A stretch of 29,054 nt of DNA from a virus (Duplodnaviria; Caudoviricetes): positions 1 to 29,054 of the IMG/VR virus record IMGVR_UViG_3300020042_011530; one strand, 5' to 3'. Both the position numbers and the translations under genes were made by a program. The notes under the pieces were generated by a model. The model had not been told where the DNA came from. It did not search any database and was given only the letters and a program-made list of their open reading frames with translations. This document shows, in pieces, positions 1 through 8,463 of this stretch. Each line of letters starts with the position of its first letter. The first letter of the stretch is position 1.

Positions 1-86
1 TATAACGCTACTGGCTTTGTGACCATTGATGCTCAAAACCATATTATGTACGACAAATCAAACGTGCAGTCGTATGACTGATCAAC
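1..86 (+). repeat. Inverted copy of 442..527 (internal part of the fibre gene)
   Basis: The reverse complement of 1..86 matches 442..527 at 84/86 positions. Mismatches are at window positions 57 and 81. Confidence 0.95.
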
Positions 87-986
87 ATGAATTGCAGAGA
101 CAGGGGAAAACAGTGCAGATGTAACACTAACTCTGTCTTTGAGTTTAACATAAGTCCCACTCCAATCCAGTCTAGTGATTGCTGAGCTAGTTAGCGTCCT
201 GCTTGTGTAGTTAATGCTAAGATTGCCGCCGGAATCGTAACAGATTCTCGACTCCCAATTAATTGATTGAGTTGGGCCAGTTGATTTTAACTGTCTTGTT
301 TCCCAGTCAACCGACACGTTTGCTGTTGTGTCTATCAGGTATCTGTCCTGCCACGAAATGCAAGTTCCTGATACGTTGTCTGTAAGTATTCTAGCTTGGT
401 AGTCTAAAGATAAGGCTCCTGTGCCGTCTGCAAACACTCTCGTTGACCAGTCATACGACTGCACGTTTGAATTGTCGTACATAATATGGTTTTGAGCATC
501 AATGGTCACAAAGCCAGTAGCGTTATAAATTAGAACACCATAGGACCAATCAAAGATCTGTGTGCCATATAGCTGTACTCCGTATGGGCTAATGTAAAGC
601 TGTGCATAATCTCCGATTTCAATTTGATTTCCAAAGAATTTAAACGTGCCAGTATAGAACGTAGCATCAGATGTTCTAAAAATTAAGGAGTCACTAAAGA
701 AGTCTGTTTCATCAGCATATATAAGGTGCTCGCCATAAGTACTAGTTAACCTAATATGATTTTGCCCAGTCGTGCTGATGTCTAAGTGGTACGACGGCGC
801 AGACATTATACCCATGCCAATTTTTGCGCCGCTTGAAAAGATTAAATTACCGGGCGCAAGAATTTGAATGTTTGATGTGGATGTAAACGACCCAGCACCG
901 TTTGAATATTGTACGTTACCCAGTGCTCCATTTGCGTCATTCGTAAAATCAAAGTTTCCAGTAAACGGATTAAACTTTAAACCCAT
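33..986 (-). CDS. Putative tail or virion fibre protein with ~16-aa beta repeats; 3' end probably not genuine
   Basis: G/S/T/N-rich, with about 8 repeats of (S)I(D/N)WxxRxLxD. It lies downstream of the capsid genes. The last ~16 codons and the stop fall within the inverted copy at 1..86. Confidence 0.65.
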   Translation of the reverse strand: MGLKFNPFTGNFDFTNDANGALGNVQYSNGAGSFTSTSNIQILAPGNLIFSSGAKIGMGIMSAPSYHLDISTTGQNHIRLTSTYGEHLIYADETDFFSDSLIFRTSDATFYTGTFKFFGNQIEIGDYAQLYISPYGVQLYGTQIFDWSYGVLIYNATGFVTIDAQNHIMYDNSNVQSYDWSTRVFADGTGALSLDYQARILTDNVSGTCISWQDRYLIDTTANVSVDWETRQLKSTGPTQSINWESRICYDSGGNLSINYTSRTLTSSAITRLDWSGTYVKLKDRVSVTSALFSPVSAIHVDQSYDCTFDLSYIIWF

Positions 987-1243
987 TACGTAGCCACCAC
1001 TGTATCAATGTTTTGTTTAGTAGAATTTGTGTATGTAACAACAACGGTCTTAACCGTTGTGCCAGCTAATCCCCCACTCTTATAAATAAAAGTTTCAACA
1101 GTCGCCGATGTTTGCTGCACATCAATAGCGTCATACGATACTCCTATTAGAAGTCCAGATGAAGAGCTAACAGGCAATGGATTTGATCCTGATACAGGAT
1201 TTCCATTATAATAAATCTGAATATCCTTGCCGTTGTAAGCCAT
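986..1243 (-). CDS. Hypothetical virion structural protein
   Basis: 85 aa, beta-rich (V/T/S/G). AGGAG SD upstream. Stop overlaps the next start. Confidence 0.6.
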   Translation of the reverse strand: MAYNGKDIQIYYNGNPVSGSNPLPVSSSSGLLIGVSYDAIDVQQTSATVETFIYKSGGLAGTTVKTVVVTYTNSTKQNIDTVVAT

Positions 1244-1255
1244 AAGGACTCCTTT

Positions 1256-1738
1256 TTATTTTAATAATGCTGAAAACTTTTGTTTAACTGATTCTACTTC
1301 TTTTTTAAGTGATTCAAGCTCTTCTTTTTTAAGAACAATATCAGCTTGAACAGACGCAAGCTCTTTTCCGGCCATGATGAACTGATCATCAAAAAGTTTC
1401 TTTTTCTTTTCAATGTCACCAAAAAAACCTTGTGACTCAGCAATAGCCTCATCAACAATGCTCTTTGATTTAACATGGGCTGCTTCAACAATCTTATCTG
1501 CTTTAGATTCAGCGTATTTAACTGCTGATTCAGCCACTTCTAGATCACCCTTGGCTTTTTCAACTTGAGCTTTAACAGCAAGAACTTCTTCTTGAGCTTT
1601 AATCTTCAAGCCTTCAGCTTCTTTAGCTGTGTTCTCTACTTTATCAATGTCTTCAAGAGCCTTTGAAAGCTCAATAATACCTTGAAACTTTTTAGCAAGA
1701 ACTCTTACATCATCTAACGCTTTTGAATACTTACTCAT
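1256..1738 (-). CDS. Hypothetical coiled-coil protein
   Basis: 160 aa, K/E/A-rich with heptad character, in the late operon. Confidence 0.7.
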   Translation of the reverse strand: MSKYSKALDDVRVLAKKFQGIIELSKALEDIDKVENTAKEAEGLKIKAQEEVLAVKAQVEKAKGDLEVAESAVKYAESKADKIVEAAHVKSKSIVDEAIAESQGFFGDIEKKKKLFDDQFIMAGKELASVQADIVLKKEELESLKKEVESVKQKFSALLK

Positions 1739-1740
1739 AA

Positions 1741-2097
1741 TTAGCTCATCCTTTTAATTGCTAAAGTAACATTTAAACTTTGAGAACCTGCACCACCACT
1801 TGCAGAAGGTTTAACAAAAATACAAAACTCTGCAATACCTTCAAGTGCTGCTGCTGTTTTACTAATCGCACTTCCTTGAAGGTCATTTAATGTAAAATAA
1901 GTAACCCCATCAAGACTACCTTGTAATACCAATGTGGCAGAATCAAAATTCCCTCCCACCTGTACGGTAGACAATGCGGCAGCTGGGATCATTGCTGCTT
2001 GAAAAGTGTCTGCACTTGTAACTCCAGTCCAAACGAACTTAGTTACATAGTCACTAAATCCACGAACCTCGCTTTGAATATAATTAACTTCTGCCAT
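1741..2097 (-). CDS. Hypothetical structural (beta-sandwich-like) protein
   Basis: 118 aa with a LQGSLDGVTYFTL motif that is common in phage virion accessory proteins. GGGG SD upstream. Confidence 0.6.
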   Translation of the reverse strand: MAEVNYIQSEVRGFSDYVTKFVWTGVTSADTFQAAMIPAAALSTVQVGGNFDSATLVLQGSLDGVTYFTLNDLQGSAISKTAAALEGIAEFCIFVKPSASGGAGSQSLNVTLAIKRMS

Positions 2098-2115
2098 TTA
2101 TTCTTCCCCTTTAAA

Positions 2116-2157
2116 TGAAGCTGCGAGCATGATACCAGCCCACACTCGCAGCGTTCA
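2116..2157 (-). terminator. Intergenic stem-loop downstream of the capsid genes (terminator or processing site)
   Basis: On the minus strand GCTGCGAGTGTG pairs with CATGCTCGCAGC (12 bp including G-U), extended by TGAA/TTCA. The U-tail is weak. Confidence 0.5.
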
Positions 2158-2165
2158 AATTTATG

Positions 2166-2456
2166 TTAAATCACATCTAAGTCAGATACCACTACCCGAT
2201 CAGTTTTTGCTGCTTGTGCTAACGTCTTTGGCTTTCTTACTTTAGGCTCAACTTTCGCTTCCCCCAAAGTAACATCACCATCTAGTGACTCCATAGACGT
2301 AGAACTAAACTGCTCTTTAACCGTGAAGATATGATCAGTCAGTTTTCTTGTTTGATGATCAAGCTTTTTACCTTTGATTTCTCTTAACTCAAAAACAGAA
2401 CCTTTCTTTCTTCTCTTGTTATCGTAATAAACTTCTTTGATAGCTTTGACTCTCAT
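2166..2456 (-). CDS. Hypothetical protein (basic N-terminus), head-module accessory
   Basis: 96-aa ORF with an AAGG SD, directly after the cement gene. Confidence 0.7.
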   Translation of the reverse strand: MRVKAIKEVYYDNKRRKKGSVFELREIKGKKLDHQTRKLTDHIFTVKEQFSSTSMESLDGDVTLGEAKVEPKVRKPKTLAQAAKTDRVVVSDLDVI

Positions 2457-2471
2457 GTGACTTATTCCTTA

Positions 2472-2906
2472 TTAACTGATTGTGATGTTATCTGCGTATG
2501 CTTTAGATGTATCAACACCATGTGCAAGAACAGCTGTGATGCTACCAGTTGTTAAGTTACCGTTTGCGAGAGTGTAGTTAAGACCTACGTAACGCTCAAG
2601 GGTAAGGTTAGGCTGGATGCGTGCAATAATCTTAGTTCCAATTGCAGACAATGCTGCGAAGGTTCCAAGAGTTTGTACCGCTGTTGCAGAAGAAAGACCT
2701 GCGTTGTCATCAGTCACAAGAGTAACTGTAACAGTTGAGTCACTGCCTGCATCAGTGAAAGCAACGTCTACGTTCAAATGAACGTAAAGGTTCTCGCCAC
2801 TTCCAAGGTCAATGCTTGTTGCTCCAAGGTCAATGGAGTTGGTTGATACAGCAGTCGCTGTAAGAGCTTGCGCGTCGGAAAATAAATTTAATGAGTCCAA
2901 GATCAT
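2472..2906 (-). CDS. Capsid cement/decoration protein (BPP-1 Bbp16-like)
   Basis: MILDxLxLFSDAQA...STNxIDLG start and ERYVGLNYT motif. Lies immediately downstream of the major capsid gene. Confidence 0.85.
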   Translation of the reverse strand: MILDSLNLFSDAQALTATAVSTNSIDLGATSIDLGSGENLYVHLNVDVAFTDAGSDSTVTVTLVTDDNAGLSSATAVQTLGTFAALSAIGTKIIARIQPNLTLERYVGLNYTLANGNLTTGSITAVLAHGVDTSKAYADNITIS

Positions 2907-2933
2907 GTTATGTTTCTCCTATATTCTTTCTAA

Positions 2934-3935
2934 TTAACTAACTACTGCTTCTGATTCTGTGAGGGCGTCACATACGCGTACAGGGATACCACGGAAAGAG
3001 TACTGTGCTTCGCCTGCAACGTTTTGATAGTTCAATCCGCCGCCTGTAAGAACATCGTCACGAGAGAAGATGTCTAGCATTTGGAACACTGAACGGTTCA
3101 TGTAAAAACAGGGCTTGCCCATTTTAGGGTTAGGAAGTCTGTGAAGAGCTTTGATCATCAACTCGATGATGTCGGCAGCTGATGACTTTGATACAAGGTT
3201 AGAGATGTCGATGTTAGGAATACGAACAACGTATCTCCAGTCGCGAAGAGCGATACCACACTTCCATTGGAAATGCTCACGGTATGCGCGCATACGGCTA
3301 CCAGCAATACCAGCAGTTGATTCAACAGTCTCAAGACCGAGGTCTTCGTGAATCAATCCAGCTTTAGATCCTTTAGGGAAAATACCGTGAACGGTTTGTG
3401 ATCCCCAACATACAAGCCAGATTGAGCTGTTATCAGCACCTGCACCGCTACCAGTGATAATGTTTTGTGCGTTAGCAGCAGACAATGAAGAGTAACGAAT
3501 CGCAAGACCGTTAAATTCTTCAGGCGAGCTAGAGCTGTTACCGTAGAAAAGAGTTGATGCCATCTCTTGGTTCATTGCTTCAATGAAAGATTGTGATTCA
3601 GAAAATCTGAACGCACCAATATCACCGTTAAGCTCAGCCAAGTCTTTATCAACCTCAGACCACGCTTCAAGCATACCGCAACCTTCGTCAATCTGAGCAG
3701 TCTCAGACTTAGAAGGAGCAATACCAGCGTTCAAAAGTCTCCATGCTACATCAGGAAGTCCTGTGCGCACGACAGTTCTGTGACCTGTAGCTAAGTTACC
3801 TTCTTGCCAGATCATGTCTGTAAGAACTTCGTTTGTTTGAGAGAGTAGTTCAGCAATCATGCCTACTTTACCGTTTGGTTCAATTCGTTTTGCCCAGTCT
3901 TTGAGCGTTAAATTAGATCCACCTAATGCTGCCAT
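2934..3935 (-). CDS. Major capsid protein (BPP-1 Bbp17-like)
   Basis: Motifs TLxDWAKR, ELLSQTNE, GHRTVVRTGLP, LRDWRYVVRIxNID and FRGIPVRxCDALxxxE. Strong AGGAG SD. Confidence 0.93.
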   Translation of the reverse strand: MAALGGSNLTLKDWAKRIEPNGKVGMIAELLSQTNEVLTDMIWQEGNLATGHRTVVRTGLPDVAWRLLNAGIAPSKSETAQIDEGCGMLEAWSEVDKDLAELNGDIGAFRFSESQSFIEAMNQEMASTLFYGNSSSSPEEFNGLAIRYSSLSAANAQNIITGSGAGADNSSIWLVCWGSQTVHGIFPKGSKAGLIHEDLGLETVESTAGIAGSRMRAYREHFQWKCGIALRDWRYVVRIPNIDISNLVSKSSAADIIELMIKALHRLPNPKMGKPCFYMNRSVFQMLDIFSRDDVLTGGGLNYQNVAGEAQYSFRGIPVRVCDALTESEAVVS

Positions 3936-3947
3936 TTTTAAATCTCC

Positions 3948-4580
3948 TTAAGATTTGTCGTATAAAATCTCTACAGGAGTGCGAGTTGGTTGTGACTGAG
4001 AACCAGCCAATACCATCTTATCGTCCTGCATAGCTTTACCGATGTTTGCGAACAAGCGAACAAGATCAGGATGATTCCCATACGGAGATTCATTTAAGAA
4101 TTTCTTTAGGGACTCTGGAGCAAACTTATCAAGAGCACGCTTTGCGTTTTCTGCTGTAGCTTTGAGGTTATCTCCACCAATAGCAGGATCACTCTCAACA
4201 GCCTTTCTCCATTCTTGTCCTAGTTGTTCAAATTGTTGAAGTTGTGTGTCTTTATATTTACCAATAGCGCTGTGTTCGCGGTCCAATAACTTCTGAGCAG
4301 CTTCTTGGGACAGTCCTTGTTCCTTCGCAAAGGAAGCAATCTCGTCCACTTCTGCCTGAGTTAGGTGCGACTCTTCAGGAAGTTTCAGCTCTAGCTTTAC
4401 TTCTTCCTTACTCTCACCTTGCTTTTGATCACTTTGAGCTTCTGTTGATTTCTCCTGAGTAGTTTCAACAGCCGCCTTAGTTTCTACTTGTTTATCTTCT
4501 GGCTTCGCGTACATCACCTCGCTTGGAGTTGGTGCAGGAGCCGTCTCGGTTTTTGGATCAATGATAGCGTTCGTTTCCAT
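3948..4580 (-). CDS. Capsid scaffolding protein (Bbp18-like)
   Basis: Acidic low-complexity N-terminus, then GLSQEAAQKL and GNHPDLVRLFxxIGK. Directly upstream of the major capsid gene. Confidence 0.8.
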   Translation of the reverse strand: METNAIIDPKTETAPAPTPSEVMYAKPEDKQVETKAAVETTQEKSTEAQSDQKQGESKEEVKLELKLPEESHLTQAEVDEIASFAKEQGLSQEAAQKLLDREHSAIGKYKDTQLQQFEQLGQEWRKAVESDPAIGGDNLKATAENAKRALDKFAPESLKKFLNESPYGNHPDLVRLFANIGKAMQDDKMVLAGSQSQPTRTPVEILYDKS

Positions 4581-4583
4581 TTT

Positions 4584-4898
4584 CTATTTACCTTCCTTAG
4601 TCTCAATTAACATTTTGAAGTAAAGCTCCTGGCTCGCTTCTACAGCATCAGCCATAAGCCTTAATCCAAAATTACGCTCCCCTTCTTTGAAGAGCATTAT
4701 GTTTGTATTTTCTGAAAAGGTGCTTCTGTTCACACCACTTATATCTAAGTACTTACCCAAGACGCGCCTACCTTGTGGGTGTGAGAGAACAAAGCGCAAG
4801 TCTTCCAACTCGCGCTCCCTTCCTACAGCTTCTTTTTTTTCGGCACGCTTTACTTGCTCAGGATCATTTGCATTGCCGACCATCGCATCTTTATTCAT
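4584..4898 (-). CDS. Bbp19-like head-module protein
   Basis: DLRFVLSxPQGRRVL...FKEGERNFGL motif. Lies between portal and scaffold. Confidence 0.8.
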   Translation of the reverse strand: MNKDAMVGNANDPEQVKRAEKKEAVGRERELEDLRFVLSHPQGRRVLGKYLDISGVNRSTFSENTNIMLFKEGERNFGLRLMADAVEASQELYFKMLIETKEGK

Positions 4899-4899
4899 A

Positions 4900-5418
4900 T
4901 TAGTTTACGTCGGTGATTATTCCGTTAGTTCCAAGAACAGCCCAAAGGTTTGCGCCAACAGCTTGAAGCTGAAAACCAGCGCCAATGTCTGTGCAACGAA
5001 GAGCGTCTCCAGCAGATGGTGCAAGTACAGTTGTTGTGTTTGTTCCAGTCACAGAACCAGTGATACCAATAGTGTCTGTTGCATCAGCAGGGTTCACATC
5101 AAAATCATCTGCTGTTCCGCAAACGAAAGTTAATCTACATCCTAAAACAGTTGACGCTTCGGGAAGAGTCATTACGTCCGCACTGTTAGAAACAAAAGTA
5201 CTTCCACATTGTGCTGCTGTGATAGCAACGGTGGTACTAGCTACAAGAGTTCCTTCTGCTAACAATAGTTTTCCTTCAGATACGCTACACAACATATTGC
5301 TACCGCACTTAAGTTCTGTCTTTATACCAAGCTGTAAATTGCTTTGATCAAAAAACTTCAAACTTGCAAATGCGTTCATTGATGCGACCATTGTTATTAA
5401 TGTTAAAATTCTTTTCAT
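4900..5418 (-). CDS. Signal-peptide-bearing protein with a fibre/decoration-type beta domain
   Basis: MKRILTLITMVASMNAFA is a Sec signal with an AxA cleavage site. The domain TLPxA...G...GANxW resembles part of the tail fibre at 24539..26110. Six Cys. Confidence 0.7.
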   Translation of the reverse strand: MKRILTLITMVASMNAFASLKFFDQSNLQLGIKTELKCGSNMLCSVSEGKLLLAEGTLVASTTVAITAAQCGSTFVSNSADVMTLPEASTVLGCRLTFVCGTADDFDVNPADATDTIGITGSVTGTNTTTVLAPSAGDALRCTDIGAGFQLQAVGANLWAVLGTNGIITDVN

Positions 5419-5445
5419 TTTCTTTTTTTTTCCTTCTTCTTTTGT

Positions 5446-7188
5446 TTAAATTAAAGCGCCGCTTTGCGCTCCACTTAACATTCTTCCTAGTGCTGTGTTT
5501 TCATCAAGGGGGGTTTGGGATAAATCTTTTGCCGTAGCCGCACCTTGTTGCATCATAGCCATTTGTTGTGCTTGTTGTTGTTGTTGAGCACGCGCTGCTC
5601 TGATTTCTTCTACTTCTTCATCTGTCTTAACTAGATCAGGCGGTACGCTTGTTATATCTGCATACACATCAATCAATTGATCACGGTTAACTTTATCAAG
5701 TACCGCTGGGTCTACTGAAGCCACTTGACCAACAAACCCTACAAAGCGCTCAACACCTGTAATACCGATAAGCTTCTGTGCTTGAGCCATAATAGAGATG
5801 TATTCGACTTTTAATGGAATACCTCTAAGCTCTTCAGGTAATGGTAGGTCTTCAAAGTACCCTTGCTTGAAATGCATATCAAAAGCGATATCAATCAAAG
5901 GATCTAGTAAGTCCTGGTTTAATTGTTCAAGCACTGGCCCAAGAGCCAATAGCTTTTCTTCATGTCGCTCTTCAATCTCACGAGCTGTAATCTGTCTTCT
6001 GTCAGTTGATGCCAACATCAAAAACAGATCCTCAAAGAAACAACGTCTAATACGGTCACGCACCTGAGCCTGTTTGTTCTCGGCTTCTGCAAGTCTGAAG
6101 TTCACTTCTTGTGCAGGTACAAATGGCTTAGCTCCTGTTGAAAGATCAGCATAAGTTATGTCGCCTGCAATAGTAGAAGTCTTTTGATTTCTTAATCTAT
6201 AGTCCCCAAGCATTGGGGGGTTAACCATCTTGTCGATACCTTGAGCAATACGCTTCTCAACGATTTGTAATTGCTTAATATCGCCAAGTGCTGTCATCGC
6301 AGGACAGTCTGTTCCATACACGTCCTCACCTGTAGTTTCCCATCGTGGGCACAACACAGGAAAATAATCATAGCCAGACTCTCTGAGATATTTACCCTCG
6401 TCTCCACCCACCAAGTAGTTCCCACCACTTCCATAAGTGCCCCTCTCATAATAACAAGATTGGTATTTTTTAAATTTAGACCCTAGTTTCTTAGGATTGT
6501 AATCATCATTGGGTTTAATAACGTGAACAATGTCCACCCATGTTTCAGTATGTCCACTTTCAAATAGATTCTTAATGTGGAGACTCATGTTCTCCCAAAT
6601 GATTTTGTTTGATTTATCTCTCTCGCCGAACATGTCTACAACTTGTCTGACAGTCATGCGAAACTCTCTAATGAATGTATTAACTTTCCCCTTAGCGTCT
6701 TTAGCAATATAGTAGCTACCGATAGGAAAGCTGTGGAAGTGCATTACGTTATCCATGTCTTCTTCAACGTAAAGTGCAGCTGTCCCAAACACTCCTATAT
6801 CTCCGTAGATAATAGGTAGAATGTTGTAGAGGTTTGATCTCAAGAAAGAAGTGGTCATAATGTTTTGCACATTATTAAGCCACTGCTTAACATCTCCTGT
6901 TTCTTGAAGCTTTGGATCTGGAGTTGTGAGCCTGAACCAAGGACGAGCTGGAGATGTAACTCCACTCATCATGCCACTGCGTAGAGTACGAACAGCTAAT
7001 GTTGCTGTTGAATCAATAATATCTCGGTTACGCTTATCACCTTTGTTAACGTCTGTGATCTCAAAGCGCGGTCTTCTTGGAAGTACGTACTGTCCAAGCT
7101 CTCTGTGATGTGATTTGAAACTAGAATACTCGTTCTCTAACTGACTTCTCAGTACTTCAAAGTTTCTTCGTTTGGTTATTATATCCAT
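5446..7188 (-). CDS. Portal / head-tail connector (T7 gp8 / Bbp21 family)
   Basis: 580 aa with LRSGMMSGVTSPARPWFRL, RWETTGEDVYG, ITAREIEERHEEKLLALGPVLEQL and a Q-rich C-terminus. Confidence 0.95.
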   Translation of the reverse strand: MDIITKRRNFEVLRSQLENEYSSFKSHHRELGQYVLPRRPRFEITDVNKGDKRNRDIIDSTATLAVRTLRSGMMSGVTSPARPWFRLTTPDPKLQETGDVKQWLNNVQNIMTTSFLRSNLYNILPIIYGDIGVFGTAALYVEEDMDNVMHFHSFPIGSYYIAKDAKGKVNTFIREFRMTVRQVVDMFGERDKSNKIIWENMSLHIKNLFESGHTETWVDIVHVIKPNDDYNPKKLGSKFKKYQSCYYERGTYGSGGNYLVGGDEGKYLRESGYDYFPVLCPRWETTGEDVYGTDCPAMTALGDIKQLQIVEKRIAQGIDKMVNPPMLGDYRLRNQKTSTIAGDITYADLSTGAKPFVPAQEVNFRLAEAENKQAQVRDRIRRCFFEDLFLMLASTDRRQITAREIEERHEEKLLALGPVLEQLNQDLLDPLIDIAFDMHFKQGYFEDLPLPEELRGIPLKVEYISIMAQAQKLIGITGVERFVGFVGQVASVDPAVLDKVNRDQLIDVYADITSVPPDLVKTDEEVEEIRAARAQQQQQAQQMAMMQQGAATAKDLSQTPLDENTALGRMLSGAQSGALI

Positions 7189-7191
7189 TTG

Positions 7192-7512
7192 TTATGATCC
7201 AAGGAGCGTCTTTTCTGAAGTGTTAGCTGATCCAACAACTCCTAATGGAGATGTTAGAATTGTATCTTGTCTGCCGCCACTAGCGGCTGCTCTGGCTTTC
7301 TTCTTAGCCACTTCTTCATCACGCTTTTGCATCTTGCCTTCTTCTTCTTCACGAGCCATAAGCTCACGCTTCTGAGATTCAAGTGCTCCCTTTTGTTGGT
7401 CGCGAGAAAGGCGAGCTTGTCTTTTCTGCTCTTCTGTTGCGTATACGGTAGTACCTGCTGACAACAAAGCAGCTCCCACTGCGAGTGCTGCCATAGTCGT
7501 TGCTGCTGCCAT
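7192..7512 (-). CDS. Small pre-portal virion protein ending in KTLLG (candidate ejection/assembly protein)
   Basis: Hydrophobic Ala-rich N-terminus, charged helix, then C-terminal GRQDTILTSPLGV...KTLLGS. Position matches small pre-portal proteins of podoviruses. Confidence 0.7.
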   Translation of the reverse strand: MAAATTMAALAVGAALLSAGTTVYATEEQKRQARLSRDQQKGALESQKRELMAREEEEGKMQKRDEEVAKKKARAAASGGRQDTILTSPLGVVGSANTSEKTLLGS

Positions 7513-7513
7513 A

Positions 7514-7963
7514 TTAAATTACCTCCAATAAAAAACTCTGATCTAGGGGTTTGAACTCTTTTTTAGTAAAGAACTCAGGATTAACAGGACTCCCACTCTT
7601 TAGTGAGAACACAATCCAATTAGAAAGCTCCTTACCCTTTTCCATAAAAGCATTGTAGAGCATTAAGCCAGCTCTTGATCCTCGGTGCTTTTCAGACACC
7701 CACCAAAAAAGCTCGCTTAATGTAATCAATTCTTTGTTGAAATAATGTGGAGCAAGCACACCTGCTATGAGTCCTGTGCGCTCACCCTCATCTGTCTCAG
7801 AAATTAACGTCACGCCATTGTTTATTAAGTTAGTTAAAAACAAATCAGCATCGTCATTGCTCTTTGGAAACAACTCGTACTTCGTTTGATAAGAATTAGA
7901 AAAAGCTTTTAGCTCTTCTAGCATCCATTCCTTATCAAGAAGTGTAGCTATTCTTACTATCAT
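7514..7963 (-). CDS. GNAT-family N-acyltransferase
   Basis: MIVRIATLLD start and ELFWWVSEKHRGSRAGLML, which fits acyl-CoA-binding motif A (V...R-G-x-x-x-G). Confidence 0.82.
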   Translation of the reverse strand: MIVRIATLLDKEWMLEELKAFSNSYQTKYELFPKSNDDADLFLTNLINNGVTLISETDEGERTGLIAGVLAPHYFNKELITLSELFWWVSEKHRGSRAGLMLYNAFMEKGKELSNWIVFSLKSGSPVNPEFFTKKEFKPLDQSFLLEVI

Positions 7964-8461
7964 CTATAATCCCAACAACGTCTTGGCCACACCACTTGCG
8001 CCTAAGCCTTGAACCACATCTTCGTTGCCTGTTGACAATACGCTTCTAACCTTTGATTGATTCTTTCCACCACCTGTTGCAAGTAACGGAGTCTTCTTTC
8101 CTTGCATACCTTTAAGTCTAGATTGGTTTGCACGTGCACCTGTATTAGCTGCTTCTTTATCTAACTTAGGAGCATCAACAACGTCCCAAGTTACGGACTG
8201 AGGAATAGCTTCTTCTGTCACCGCTTGAGAGCTACGACCATAATCTCCAAAGAAAGCTTTTCCTGCTTCTGAAGCATAGAAAGCATCCCATTCTTTTTGT
8301 CTTCCTTTTGTTTGAAACACAAAACGCTGATCCCTAGTTTCAATGTTGCCGCCGCCACCACCTGCCTGTGGTCTGTTGTATCTACTTTGCTTAACATCCA
8401 AGTAGTCATACCCTTCGTTAATTCTGTTCTGCTGAACCTTGGCCATGTGCTCTGCGCCCAT
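7964..8461 (-). CDS. Second small KTLLG-ending protein
   Basis: 165 aa starting MG. C-terminal KVRSVLST...GVAKTLLGL parallels the end of 7192..7512. Confidence 0.65.
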   Translation of the reverse strand: MGAEHMAKVQQNRINEGYDYLDVKQSRYNRPQAGGGGGNIETRDQRFVFQTKGRQKEWDAFYASEAGKAFFGDYGRSSQAVTEEAIPQSVTWDVVDAPKLDKEAANTGARANQSRLKGMQGKKTPLLATGGGKNQSKVRSVLSTGNEDVVQGLGASGVAKTLLGL

Positions 8462-8463
8462 AA

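Noticed and set aside
1-986. Complete diversity-generating retroelement
   Set aside because: No RT or Avd in the window, the repeat is inverted and mid-gene, and two mismatches are too few to be informative.
4687-5347. Antisense ORFs (4687..5133, 4985..5347) and similar ones opposite the capsid, portal, terL, primase and fibre genes
   Set aside because: They are shadow ORFs of well-supported genes and have no recognisable motifs.
5555-5590. TTG/CAA trinucleotide repeat
   Set aside because: It encodes the ordinary Gln-rich C-terminus of this portal family.
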